A stretch of 51,955 nucleotides of DNA, taken from the IMG/VR virus record IMGVR_UViG_3300032218_002598, positions 1 to 51,955 of that record. One strand, given 5' to 3'. Positions within the stretch are counted from its first letter, which is position 1; every line of letters begins with the position of its first letter. The translations under genes and the position numbers were made by a program. The DNA is from a virus (lineage: Duplodnaviria > Caudoviricetes). Shown here piece by piece: positions 1 to 8,163 of this stretch. Under the pieces are notes generated by a model. It searched no databases, had not been told where the DNA came from, and saw only the letters and a program-made list of their open reading frames with translations.

Positions 1-150
1 AGGCACGGCAACGGATCAAGGGCGGAGGCTTTGGGCCTTTATTGTTTATATCGTAGATATTAACAAGGGGAACCCCAGAAGGTAGGCAAGGCCTGAAGGA
101 AGGTATATTGTTAAAGGTTTGTTAAAGCTGCAGTTTTATTTGTTTTGTCC

Positions 151-181
151 TTTGTTTATTGTTCAAAGTACTCTATATTAC
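151..181 (+). promoter_or_regulatory. Putative Bacteroidota sigma70-type early promoter P1
   Basis: TTTG at 151-154, 19-nt spacer, TATATTAC at 174-181 (consensus TTTG-N19-21-TAnnTTTG, imperfect -7 box); spacer contains GTTCAAAGT shared with P2. Confidence 0.5.
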
Positions 182-219
182 ACTCACAACGGCAGCGGCA
201 CCCGATACCCGCCTTAAAT

Positions 220-804
220 ATGCAACACACAACAACAACAACCCACACAACAACCCCAGCGCAAAAAATCCCAACAACTGAAAGAGTAATTGTTGAAAAT
301 TACCCTTACGGCTTTAAATTACGCACTACATTATTTGATTACATAGAATTTGACCGAAAAAAAGGCTTTCGACATTGTACGCAGACAATAAACCCAAAAA
401 CAAACCGCCCAAACAACCCGAAAAAATCCACCTATTACAATTTAATGACCCGTTACTATGACGAAAAAGGGCATATTAAAACAATAACTCACGATTTTAA
501 CGGCGACGAGTCAATAAATAGAGGCTGCAAATTTGTGTATGAAAATTTCGACTTATACACTCCCGAGATGATCGAATATATTTATATATTAATTTTATCA
601 AGTATCAAAGTAACTATAAAGGCGCAAATTATTTATTGTGGCAGCAATTTTGAAGAATTAAAACCCTTATTTGAGCCAGCAATTAACACAATAACAAAAG
701 CATTGAAAGAAAAAACAAATGAATTTGATAAAATAATACTACCCATTGAAGAAATAAACGCAAAGAAGGTACCAAATTATAACCCGTTTACTAGTCAAAT
801 TTAA
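220..804 (+). CDS. Early hypothetical protein
   Basis: ORF track 145..804; ATG at 220 (MQHTTT) preferred because it lies downstream of P1 and its leader. Confidence 0.8.
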   Translation: MQHTTTTTHTTTPAQKIPTTERVIVENYPYGFKLRTTLFDYIEFDRKKGFRHCTQTINPKTNRPNNPKKSTYYNLMTRYYDEKGHIKTITHDFNGDESINRGCKFVYENFDLYTPEMIEYIYILILSSIKVTIKAQIIYCGSNFEELKPLFEPAINTITKALKEKTNEFDKIILPIEEINAKKVPNYNPFTSQI

Positions 805-832
805 TTTTTTAACCATAAACACACAACAAACT

Positions 833-1120
833 ATGCAAAAAGTAATTGAAATATTAAAAAATGCGACTAAAGAATTAGTTCAATTTCAAAACAATACTCA
901 TAATATACCCAGAAGCCAATTAGCAATAATTCAAAAGGCTTTAAATTATTATGTAGAGCAATCTGCTAAGTTCAATAGCTGCCCGACTGATTCGGAAATA
1001 TATGAATTATTTGATATGAACCAATTAAGTGCTATGATGAATTATACCATCAATATAGAAATATCTGAAGAAGAAAAAAATAGATTTGGCAAACACGGAA
1101 TGGACTTCCCTATTTATTAA
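833..1120 (+). CDS. Early hypothetical protein
   Basis: 95-aa ORF preceded by ACACACAAC motif. Confidence 0.75.
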   Translation: MQKVIEILKNATKELVQFQNNTHNIPRSQLAIIQKALNYYVEQSAKFNSCPTDSEIYELFDMNQLSAMMNYTINIEISEEEKNRFGKHGMDFPIY

Positions 1121-1140
1121 TAAAAACTAAACACACAACG

Positions 1141-1287
1141 ATGGACACACTACGCAACAACTTCAGACTGATTCTTATCGGTGCTCTAGCTTTTTTAATC
1201 TTAGCGATGGCATCTTGTTCGGCATCAGGTTATGGATGCCACGGAAGAGGCAAGATAATCACTAGGGTGAGAGGTAACGGATACTAA
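1141..1287 (+). CDS. Small lipoprotein (48 aa, not in ORF track)
   Basis: MDTLRNNFRLILIGALAFLILAMASCSASGYGCHGRGKIITRVRGNGY; hydrophobic core and lipobox MAS-C; ACACACAAC upstream, terminator downstream. Confidence 0.75.
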   Translation: MDTLRNNFRLILIGALAFLILAMASCSASGYGCHGRGKIITRVRGNGY

Positions 1288-1301
1288 TTAAAACAAATTA
1301 A

Positions 1302-1331
1302 AGGCCCGTCTATTATGGCGGGCCTATTTTT
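1302..1331 (+). terminator. Rho-independent terminator
   Basis: AGGCCCGTC-TATTAT-GGCGGGCCT stem followed by ATTTTT. Confidence 0.75.
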
Positions 1332-1352
1332 AATCAATTAAATAAACAAACA

Positions 1353-1502
1353 ATGAAAAAATACACAATAACATTAAAACACGACAACGGGAAAATAAAT
1401 ATAACAACAATGGCCAGTGATGAATTGACAGCCATAGCAAAAGTAATGTTAATGGAAAATTGCCCAAAATCTGCCATAATAAAAATAAAAGTAACAAAAT
1501 GA
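1353..1502 (+). CDS. Small hypothetical protein (49 aa, not in ORF track)
   Basis: MKKYTITLKHDNGKINITTMASDELTAIAKVMLMENCPKSAIIKIKVTK; A-rich start; ATGA overlap with next gene. Confidence 0.7.
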   Translation: MKKYTITLKHDNGKINITTMASDELTAIAKVMLMENCPKSAIIKIKVTK

Positions 1503-1648
1503 TAGTACAAGTAAAAAAAGGCTTTATTTTGATTTCGGCCCGCCTTGAATGTGGGGACCTTGTAAAATTAAAATTTATCGGCTACACTAAGGCCGAGGCC
1601 CTGAAAAGTTTCAAAACCCAATTTAATAAAATTCAAAATTTTAATTAA
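1499..1648 (+). CDS. Small hypothetical protein
   Basis: ORF track 1460..1648; start at 1499 (MIVQVKK) from ATGA coupling. Confidence 0.6.
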   Translation: MIVQVKKGFILISARLECGDLVKLKFIGYTKAEALKSFKTQFNKIQNFN

Positions 1649-1827
1649 TGACAAACAAAGAAATACTAATTGAAAGCATAAACATAAAGCCAACATTTAC
1701 GCAATCCCTTGCCGTATTGTTAATGATTCTGGAAAACGGAAACGAGGAAGGCAAAAAAGAGGCCCGCAAAATGTTATACGAAGCCTTCGAATTATTGGAC
1801 CGCCTTAATGCTGAAGAAAGCAAATAA
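1648..1827 (+). CDS. Small hypothetical protein (59 aa, not in ORF track)
   Basis: MTNKEILIESINIKPTFTQSLAVLLMILENGNEEGKKEARKMLYEAFELLDRLNAEESK; TAATG coupling. Confidence 0.7.
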   Translation: MTNKEILIESINIKPTFTQSLAVLLMILENGNEEGKKEARKMLYEAFELLDRLNAEESK

Positions 1828-1846
1828 TAAATAACCATTAAATAAA

Positions 1847-1877
1847 TTTGGTTTGTTCAAAGTTTATTATATTTTTA
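1847..1877 (+). promoter_or_regulatory. Putative early promoter P2
   Basis: TTTG 1847-1850, 19-nt spacer with GTTCAAAGT, TATTTTTA 1870-1877. Confidence 0.55.
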
Positions 1878-1924
1878 CAACACACAACAAACGGAAGGCA
1901 ACCGAAACAAAGGCCACAAAAACA

Positions 1925-2125
1925 ATGTACACACAACAAGAAGAAACCCAGACCCAAGACCTAGGCCAAAAAATAGCCGAGGCAAAAGAATTATTCGGAA
2001 TTGAAAACGTAGAAACGGCCCTAACATTAGTGGAATTTTGCGACCCTGACGGCGCATATACAACCCTTCAAAATATGGGGCAATATGAAATTGCGAATAT
2101 TATAGAATTTATATTTTTTGAATAA
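1925..2125 (+). CDS. Early hypothetical protein
   Basis: ORF track 1853..2125; ATG at 1925 (MYTQQEE) downstream of P2. Confidence 0.75.
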   Translation: MYTQQEETQTQDLGQKIAEAKELFGIENVETALTLVEFCDPDGAYTTLQNMGQYEIANIIEFIFFE

Positions 2126-2135
2126 GCCAAGACAA

Positions 2136-2170
2136 AGGGCCATAATATAATGTTATGGCCTTACTTTTTT
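2136..2170 (+). terminator. Rho-independent terminator
   Basis: AGGGCCATAATA/TGTTATGGCCTT stem then ACTTTTTT. Confidence 0.7.
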
Positions 2171-2188
2171 ACCATTAAATTAATTAAA

Positions 2189-2386
2189 ATGACACAAAAA
2201 TATGATGTAATAAGCCCTGACGGAATTTCGATACACTTTTCGGATACATATACAAGTGAAAAACAAGCAAAAAAAGCCTTTGAGAAATGGAAAAAAAGAT
2301 ATGAAATTCAAGGCTATTATAGTTCAAATAATGGAAGAATACCACTAACCGAATTACATAACTATATTAAAATTATAAAATTATGA
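2189..2386 (+). CDS. Early hypothetical protein
   Basis: ORF track 2150..2386; start at 2189 (MTQKYDV) after the terminator. Confidence 0.75.
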   Translation: MTQKYDVISPDGISIHFSDTYTSEKQAKKAFEKWKKRYEIQGYYSSNNGRIPLTELHNYIKIIKL

Positions 2387-2838
2387 TACCTGAAATTGAA
2401 ATAAAAATAAAGTATAAAATTAAAGGGAAAAAATTTACCCCTGAAAATTTAGAGGCCGTAACAAGCAGCCAAGATATTGTAAACATATTACGCAAGATAT
2501 TTAATGCCGATACAATAGAATGGACCGAAGAATTTATAATGATAAGCCTTAACCGAGCCAATAAGGTAATAGGGTATTATAAGGTAAGTAAAGGGGGAAT
2601 GACGGGAACAATAGCCGATCCAAAAGTAATATTTACAATGGCCTTAAATTCGGGTGCAACGTCTATAATTGTAGCACATAACCACCCAAGCGGAAACCTA
2701 CAACCAAGCCCCCAAGATAAACAAATAACAAGCAAATTGATAAACGCTGGTAAATTATTGGATATAAATGTATTCGACCATATTATATTGACCTCAAATA
2801 GCTATTATTCTTTTTTAGATGAAGGAGAAATGATATAA
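2383..2838 (+). CDS. radC: RadC-family JAB/MPN domain protein
   Basis: EEF..L.R.N.V, SKGG.TGT..DPK, AHNHPSG...PS.QD, DHIILT motifs. Confidence 0.92.
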   Translation: MIPEIEIKIKYKIKGKKFTPENLEAVTSSQDIVNILRKIFNADTIEWTEEFIMISLNRANKVIGYYKVSKGGMTGTIADPKVIFTMALNSGATSIIVAHNHPSGNLQPSPQDKQITSKLINAGKLLDINVFDHIILTSNSYYSFLDEGEMI

Positions 2839-2869
2839 AATATTTTTAAACAATTAAACACACAACAAA

Positions 2870-3391
2870 ATGAAAAATTTAACGCAAAAACAAAAAGAAA
2901 TTTTAACCGCCATTGAAAATGAATTTACCAACATTAATAAAGTAACCGAGGAAAATGATAACGACCTCCTTGCATTAATAAATAACGCCGTAGATGAAAA
3001 AAGAAAAAAAAGATTAGAACTTGAAACCCTCGATATAATTAATATAAAAGAAATATATAATTGTAAAGATAGAATACTTAATCTTTTGCAACCGATTGCC
3101 GACAAATATAATTTTGAACTAACTATTGAACAAAGCACAACTTCACGAGCTAAATTTTATATAAAAATGATATGCACGGGATATACATATAAAGAAATAA
3201 ACGGCAATATTTATACAACAACTCTCGAAGGAAGTATAGAGGGAAATGAATACGGCCTAGATAGTAAAAAATATTACATTGGATCTCCAATACCTAAATT
3301 TTATAAAAAATATGACCGATTGCAAACCGAAAAAGAATTTATAGATTTTTATGTAAATGGAGTAATTAACGCCCTGAAAACTAAAGTATAA
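2870..3391 (+). CDS. Early hypothetical protein
   Basis: 173-aa ORF with ACACACAAC upstream. Confidence 0.8.
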   Translation: MKNLTQKQKEILTAIENEFTNINKVTEENDNDLLALINNAVDEKRKKRLELETLDIINIKEIYNCKDRILNLLQPIADKYNFELTIEQSTTSRAKFYIKMICTGYTYKEINGNIYTTTLEGSIEGNEYGLDSKKYYIGSPIPKFYKKYDRLQTEKEFIDFYVNGVINALKTKV

Positions 3392-3422
3392 TATTTATTA
3401 ATCACATAAAACACACAACAAA

Positions 3423-4010
3423 ATGATCAACTTACAAAAAGGCAATTTATTTGCACAAAACACAAAAGTAAAAGAGGCAGCCGCCAAGAAAAGCGACAAG
3501 AAAGTAATTAACGCCCCTGAATTAGCCGACAAGGTACAAAGGTACAATGAATTGAAAAACCTGATAGATGCCAACACAAGCGAGCTAAAGATGATTGAGG
3601 GGGATATTAAGGTAAAGGGCAAGGAAATGTTTGTCCAAGAATACAAGGCCAGTAAGCTAAGGCCTGAAAGTTTCAAGATAAAAGATAGCACGGGAACCAC
3701 TTGTTTAATGATAGTAATGGATAAATATACCTCCGTAGATGAAAACAAGGCCGAGTTATTAAGAATGAATGACTTATTAGCTGAAAATGTATGTTTCAAA
3801 TTTAATCCTGACTTAGTGGAAAAGTATGGCCAGACACTAAGCGAATTGATACTTAATTGCCCCGATATAGAGGAAGAAGATAAAGGAAACTTGATAAGCG
3901 GGGAACTAAGCTATTCAGTCCAAAAGGGAAGTATTGACCGCCTATTGCAATATGAAAGCCCCGAGGCCATATTTGAATTAATTAACCCCATTGTAGCACT
4001 TAAAAAATAA
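3423..4010 (+). CDS. Early hypothetical protein with N-terminal coiled coil
   Basis: 195-aa ORF with ACACACAAC upstream. Confidence 0.8.
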   Translation: MINLQKGNLFAQNTKVKEAAAKKSDKKVINAPELADKVQRYNELKNLIDANTSELKMIEGDIKVKGKEMFVQEYKASKLRPESFKIKDSTGTTCLMIVMDKYTSVDENKAELLRMNDLLAENVCFKFNPDLVEKYGQTLSELILNCPDIEEEDKGNLISGELSYSVQKGSIDRLLQYESPEAIFELINPIVALKK

Positions 4011-4015
4011 TTAAA

Positions 4016-4219
4016 ATGTCATTAGATACTAGAAACTACTTTAGCCACCCCATTACTGAAAAAGAAATGCGGGAAACATACTACCAAGCATACGGGAAGG
4101 AATACGATTGCCCTAGCAGAAAACAATTTCCTTTGCCCATTGAGATAGCTTATATAGTGGCCGTAGAGAAATTAAGAAATGATAGTCAAACACAATTAAC
4201 CCCATCTATTTACATCTAA
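4016..4219 (+). CDS. Hypothetical protein
   Basis: 67-aa ORF packed in operon. Confidence 0.65.
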   Translation: MSLDTRNYFSHPITEKEMRETYYQAYGKEYDCPSRKQFPLPIEIAYIVAVEKLRNDSQTQLTPSIYI

Positions 4220-4230
4220 AAATAACATAT

Positions 4231-4683
4231 ATGAATATTAATAATTTAAGATTAGGATATAATATTTTTGGCAACAAGGGTAATGTATGGAGTAACCAAT
4301 GCCATATAGCAGCATCAGGCCTTTCAGGTACCACTTTATGCGGAGTCCCTATGCTTAGTACTAATTGGGCAAGAATAGAAGAAGTAGATCATATTGGGTG
4401 CGAGGAATGTAAAACGCAATATATCCAGCGAATAGATGCCATTGGAATAGAAAGTAGCCACGGGACTTTGATAGTAGATGCAGATAGCGGAAAGGTATTG
4501 GAATGTAATGGAGAGGGATATATCACTAAAATTGATAGGCTTGATATTGAAGAATACCAAGTCCATTACGGAATAATACCCGACTATGAGGATATATTAT
4601 GCTTTGGCTTTTGGTACAAAAATGGAGATTACAATTTGCCTGACTATGAATTTAGAAAAAACATTACAAACCTTATAAATTAA
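4231..4683 (+). CDS. Hypothetical protein, possible N-terminal Zn-binding module
   Basis: HIA...TLCG...CEEC pattern. Confidence 0.7.
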   Translation: MNINNLRLGYNIFGNKGNVWSNQCHIAASGLSGTTLCGVPMLSTNWARIEEVDHIGCEECKTQYIQRIDAIGIESSHGTLIVDADSGKVLECNGEGYITKIDRLDIEEYQVHYGIIPDYEDILCFGFWYKNGDYNLPDYEFRKNITNLIN

Positions 4684-4688
4684 TAACA

Positions 4689-4928
4689 ATGGAAAAAAGA
4701 TATGAAACAATAGTAGATGAATCGGGAATAGAAATATATGTAGCCTTTGCAGTTTGGGAGGAGGCTAATTTTACCGAGGAGGGCCACGGCTTTCACCAAA
4801 TTGAAGGAGGCAATTATGTGGACCTTATTAGTGTGGAATTAATTATTGCCAGACGAAGTATTGAGCTGATGCCAATGCTTAATGAAAAGCAACAAGAATC
4901 TATTATTAACCAATTAAGTATATTCTAA
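4689..4928 (+). CDS. Acidic hypothetical protein
   Basis: 79-aa ORF, EEGHGFH motif, TAATG coupled to ligase gene. Confidence 0.7.
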   Translation: MEKRYETIVDESGIEIYVAFAVWEEANFTEEGHGFHQIEGGNYVDLISVELIIARRSIELMPMLNEKQQESIINQLSIF

Positions 4929-5587
4929 TGAAGTATGAACAATTTATGTACATATACCCCCCGAGGCCCGAATATAAAACCCCTAGCAATAACCTAGGAA
5001 TATATGACACGGGAGAATACTTGGCACAACCTAAGTACAATGGATCGGCTTGTATGGTATTCACTAATGGTATTGAATCCCATATATATAACCGCCATAA
5101 ACAAGAACTATCAAGAGTAAGTCCCGATATCCCATTTCACTTACTAGCTAAAGATGAAAATAAATGGTTTGTATATGCGGGGGAATACCTGAATAAAGGC
5201 AAGATAGGGGAGAATGGCACCAAGGAAAAGGATAAGTTTGTTATTTGGGACTGCTTAGTATGGAGTAATAACTACCTTATAGGAAGTACATTGGAAGAAC
5301 GGCTGAATTTACTAGAGGCCATATATCCCTGCAATAGAGGGCAAGTAGGCACAAATGGATTGGAAATATATAACCACCTATGTTGTACCGAATTTGACCA
5401 CATATACAAGGCCCCTACCTATCTTAATAGCTTTGAATGGCTTTACCACGACATATCCAAGACCGACCTATATGAAGGCCTAGTATTAAAGAAAAAGGAA
5501 AGCAAGCTATCCTTTGGCTTTCAAAAACTAAATAACCACGAATGGCAGATAAAATGCCGAAAAGAAACAAAAATCTATAAATTCTAA
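4928..5587 (+). CDS. ATP-dependent ligase-family nucleotidyltransferase (adenylation domain only)
   Basis: Motif I QPKYNG, III AGEYL, IIIa FVIWD, IV EGLVLK, V WQIKCRK; ends 7 aa after motif V. Confidence 0.85.
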   Translation: MKYEQFMYIYPPRPEYKTPSNNLGIYDTGEYLAQPKYNGSACMVFTNGIESHIYNRHKQELSRVSPDIPFHLLAKDENKWFVYAGEYLNKGKIGENGTKEKDKFVIWDCLVWSNNYLIGSTLEERLNLLEAIYPCNRGQVGTNGLEIYNHLCCTEFDHIYKAPTYLNSFEWLYHDISKTDLYEGLVLKKKESKLSFGFQKLNNHEWQIKCRKETKIYKF

Positions 5588-5598
5588 AATCAATAACA

Positions 5599-5805
5599 AT
5601 GACAAATGTAATAACTATCAACCCAATAGAATTGGCAAGCGAATTAGCCCATCAAAAGTTAATGAATGTATATGCTGGATCAATAAAAATATATAAATGG
5701 GAAGAAGGGGAAGAAGGCTCATCTTCATACACCGAGGAGGCCCAAGATATTTTTAATGAATACTATGATGAATTTTTAACATTAATAGAGTCAATATCTT
5801 ATTAA
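5599..5805 (+). CDS. Acidic hypothetical protein
   Basis: ELASELAH...YTEEAQDIFNEYYD. Confidence 0.75.
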   Translation: MTNVITINPIELASELAHQKLMNVYAGSIKIYKWEEGEEGSSSYTEEAQDIFNEYYDEFLTLIESISY

Positions 5806-5822
5806 ACCAAAAAAAACAAAAA

Positions 5823-6026
5823 ATGAAAAAAGAAACGAAAATTAATTGCCCCCATTGTAATGGAACAAATGTCCGTATGATTGACTATCAAGGTATATCG
5901 GTAGGCGAAGATATAGCCTATATGGGCCTTCAGTTTGATACTGAATTATACGGCAAATTTGATTGCCTAGAATGTGAAAAATCATTTGACAAAATGCTAA
6001 CCATATCTTTTAACCCCAAAAAATAG
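5823..6026 (+). CDS. Zinc-ribbon protein
   Basis: CPHC...CLEC. Confidence 0.75.
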   Translation: MKKETKINCPHCNGTNVRMIDYQGISVGEDIAYMGLQFDTELYGKFDCLECEKSFDKMLTISFNPKK

Positions 6027-6030
6027 TAAA

Positions 6031-6054
6031 GTTCAATGTTTACACTTATATTTG
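6031..6054 (+). promoter_or_regulatory. Putative promoter P3
   Basis: Perfect -7 box TATATTTG at 6047-6054 in an intergenic gap, preceded by GTTCAA. Confidence 0.6.
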
Positions 6055-6148
6055 TACCTAATATAAAGGGCAAAAAAAGATACTTTATTGCACCCTTTTG
6101 TATGGCCTTAGATTATTTTATTTTATTCAAATTATAAAAACAATTACA

Positions 6149-6418
6149 ATGACAAATAAATTTAAACACATACCAAGTTGGGAAGAAATTGCAGATGAAT
6201 TAGCAAATCCTCAAAAAATAGAATACCCAGTAATACTCCATAAAGATATGGTCCCTTTTGTCCAAGCGCACCTAGGGGATAAATGCGATATAATTGAGGA
6301 ATATAGTCCCACGCAGCTTGCAGTTACACTAACTATTGAAAATAGCCTTGATCTGCTGGCAGTATTGCACTCGGGTATAAAATATGGCATAGAATTTCAC
6401 AAAAAATTTTACAAATAA
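6149..6418 (+). CDS. Hypothetical protein
   Basis: ORF track 6098..6418; ATG at 6149 (MTNKFK) has A-rich context. Confidence 0.7.
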   Translation: MTNKFKHIPSWEEIADELANPQKIEYPVILHKDMVPFVQAHLGDKCDIIEEYSPTQLAVTLTIENSLDLLAVLHSGIKYGIEFHKKFYK

Positions 6419-6428
6419 ACTAAACAAT

Positions 6429-6506
6429 ATGAAAAAGTATTCAGTTTGGGTTGGCGGTATGTACCTTAATTTAGGGTATGATGATATAATAATTCAAAAA
6501 TATTAA
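6429..6506 (+). pseudogene. 25-codon remnant, probably internally deleted small gene
   Basis: MKKYSVWVGG-MYLNL-GYDDIIIQKY resembles both ends of a small phage protein family (VWVGG...GYDDV) without its middle; recognition from memory. Confidence 0.4.
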
Positions 6507-6508
6507 AA

Positions 6509-6823
6509 ATGAAATCAGTAACAACATCAATACGCAATACAGCAACTAAGGTAAAAGCCCTTCTTAATATGAGTATTGAGGCTAGGGACAATGATGGCTA
6601 TTTAGTAACTAATATGTGGTATAAAGAAATGAAGGAAATGGGAATAGATGCCTACAAGATAGATGCTACTGACTTCTTTAAGCTATATTCTCAAGGTAAA
6701 GTAACTTCAGCTGACGTAATTACAAGGGCAAGAAGAAAGGTCCAAGAGGAATGTCCCGAACTAAGAGGTAAGAATTGGGAAGAAAGGCACAAGGAATCTG
6801 AAAATGTAAGAAAAACAATTTAA
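6509..6823 (+). CDS. Hypothetical protein, possible helical DNA-binding fold
   Basis: RDND..L...W and ITRARRKVQE..PELRG motif. Confidence 0.75.
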   Translation: MKSVTTSIRNTATKVKALLNMSIEARDNDGYLVTNMWYKEMKEMGIDAYKIDATDFFKLYSQGKVTSADVITRARRKVQEECPELRGKNWEERHKESENVRKTI

Positions 6824-6867
6824 CAAATAAACCAAAAAGGCTGATACCCTACCTATCAATTACAATT

Positions 6868-7425
6868 ATGAAAAAGATAACTATTTTAATGTTAGCCATT
6901 ACATTGGCTTTGACATCATTTGCACAAGATGAATTTATGGGAATAAAAATAGAAGGTCCCAAGTCCGAAATAATAGCAGCCTTCAAGCAGAAAGGATTCA
7001 CGCTAACGGAAAATGCTGGCAATATTGTTGTGATGGAAGGCACCATAGCAGGAGGGACAAGTGTTGAATTGGATCTTGCCTTTACCCCTATCTCTCAAGT
7101 ATGCTGGAAGTTGCTTATTTACTTGCCAAAGCAATTAAGTTGGCCGTCAATACTAAAACAATATGAAGATTATAAGAAAACCCTGACCGATAAGTATGGC
7201 AAACCTTCAGATGATTATAGTTTCTTTACAAGTCCTTATTATGAGGGAGATGGGTACGAAATGACAGCACTTGCTATAGAAAAATGTCATTACACGGCCT
7301 TTTGGAATGACAAACTAGTAATTGAAATGTCTACTTCTAAGCGAGTATATATAGCATATGAAAACCCTGTTAATGGCAATATATATACTAGGGAAAAAGA
7401 ACAATTAAAAGCAAAAACATTTTAA
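6868..7425 (+). CDS. Secreted/periplasmic protein
   Basis: Sec signal MKKITILMLAITLALTSFA-Q; mature start FMGI.I.G resembles Bacteroidota host proteins. Confidence 0.8.
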   Translation: MKKITILMLAITLALTSFAQDEFMGIKIEGPKSEIIAAFKQKGFTLTENAGNIVVMEGTIAGGTSVELDLAFTPISQVCWKLLIYLPKQLSWPSILKQYEDYKKTLTDKYGKPSDDYSFFTSPYYEGDGYEMTALAIEKCHYTAFWNDKLVIEMSTSKRVYIAYENPVNGNIYTREKEQLKAKTF

Positions 7426-7426
7426 T

Positions 7427-7648
7427 ATGGCAAAGGAAAAAGTTAGCGTAAAGGAATACATAGATGACCATAACCCAAAATTGACAAGAAGGGGCAAGAA
7501 AATGTCGGTAAGCTATATATATAGGCTTATTCGTCAAGATATAAAGGGAGAAGTAGGTAATGACCGAAGGGACTTATGGTTTGATTATGTTCTGGAAGGA
7601 GAGAAAGACAACATCTATATTGTAATCAATAAAAAAACTAAAAAATGA
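7427..7648 (+). CDS. Small basic protein, possible DNA binder
   Basis: SVKEY...MSVSYIYRLIR is HTH-like. Confidence 0.65.
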   Translation: MAKEKVSVKEYIDDHNPKLTRRGKKMSVSYIYRLIRQDIKGEVGNDRRDLWFDYVLEGEKDNIYIVINKKTKK

Positions 7649-7723
7649 AATTGATGATGAACCATTCGGGACCGCAGGAATAACTATCGGGAAACCACAC
7701 CCTTAACCTCAGCAACCACAACT

Positions 7724-7746
7724 AAAAGGCCTTCGGGCCTTTTTTT
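7724..7746. terminator. Bidirectional terminator at early/late convergence
   Basis: AAAAGGCC-TTCG-GGCCTTTTTTT, cUUCGg tetraloop between convergent genes. Confidence 0.9.
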
Positions 7747-7984
7747 ATAAATCTGACCTTCGATACTTCTGCTCCCATAATAACTTAGATAGTATCCTGC
7801 TGACCTTTACTACCTTAGTTTCTGACCAATCGGGGTGTATAATATGCAGGGCTTCGTGTATGAGATAAAGTAAATGCCTTTTACCTTTTAGTCGGACATC
7901 AAGTTCAATGGAATTAAGCCCCGAATCAGCAAGTCCCCAAGCCTTTTCTTTACCTAATTTCCTATTGCTTACTTTTATCTTCAT
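7745..7984 (-). CDS. Small HExxH protein (metallopeptidase-like)
   Basis: LIHEALHIIHPDWSE. Confidence 0.7.
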   Translation of the reverse strand: MKIKVSNRKLGKEKAWGLADSGLNSIELDVRLKGKRHLLYLIHEALHIIHPDWSETKVVKVSRILSKLLWEQKYRRSDL

Positions 7985-8163
7985 ACTTTTATATTTTCAA
8001 GGTCGGGCCTTTCATCTATATTTTTTACGGGGATTCCTGAATTAATACGAATACTATTTAACTGCCTTAGCTCCTTGCAGATACTTTCTACCATAGCAAT
8101 AGCATCAGAAGGGTGCATCTTTTTAAGGATATTAATAATCTTCTTTCTTAATTCGGTTTGCAT
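7981..8163 (-). CDS. Hypothetical protein
   Basis: 60-aa ORF translationally coupled on both sides. Confidence 0.65.
   Translation of the reverse strand: MQTELRKKIINILKKMHPSDAIAMVESICKELRQLNSIRINSGIPVKNIDERPDLENIKV

Noticed and set aside
1-150. GC-richer non-coding start as a genome terminus or origin
   Set aside because: Plausible from its position before early genes, but no terminal repeat or iteron can be shown within the window
7621-7706. Possible frameshift extension of 7427..7648 at the A-run (KLKNEIDDEPFG...)
   Set aside because: Short, no stimulatory structure, cannot be separated from chance
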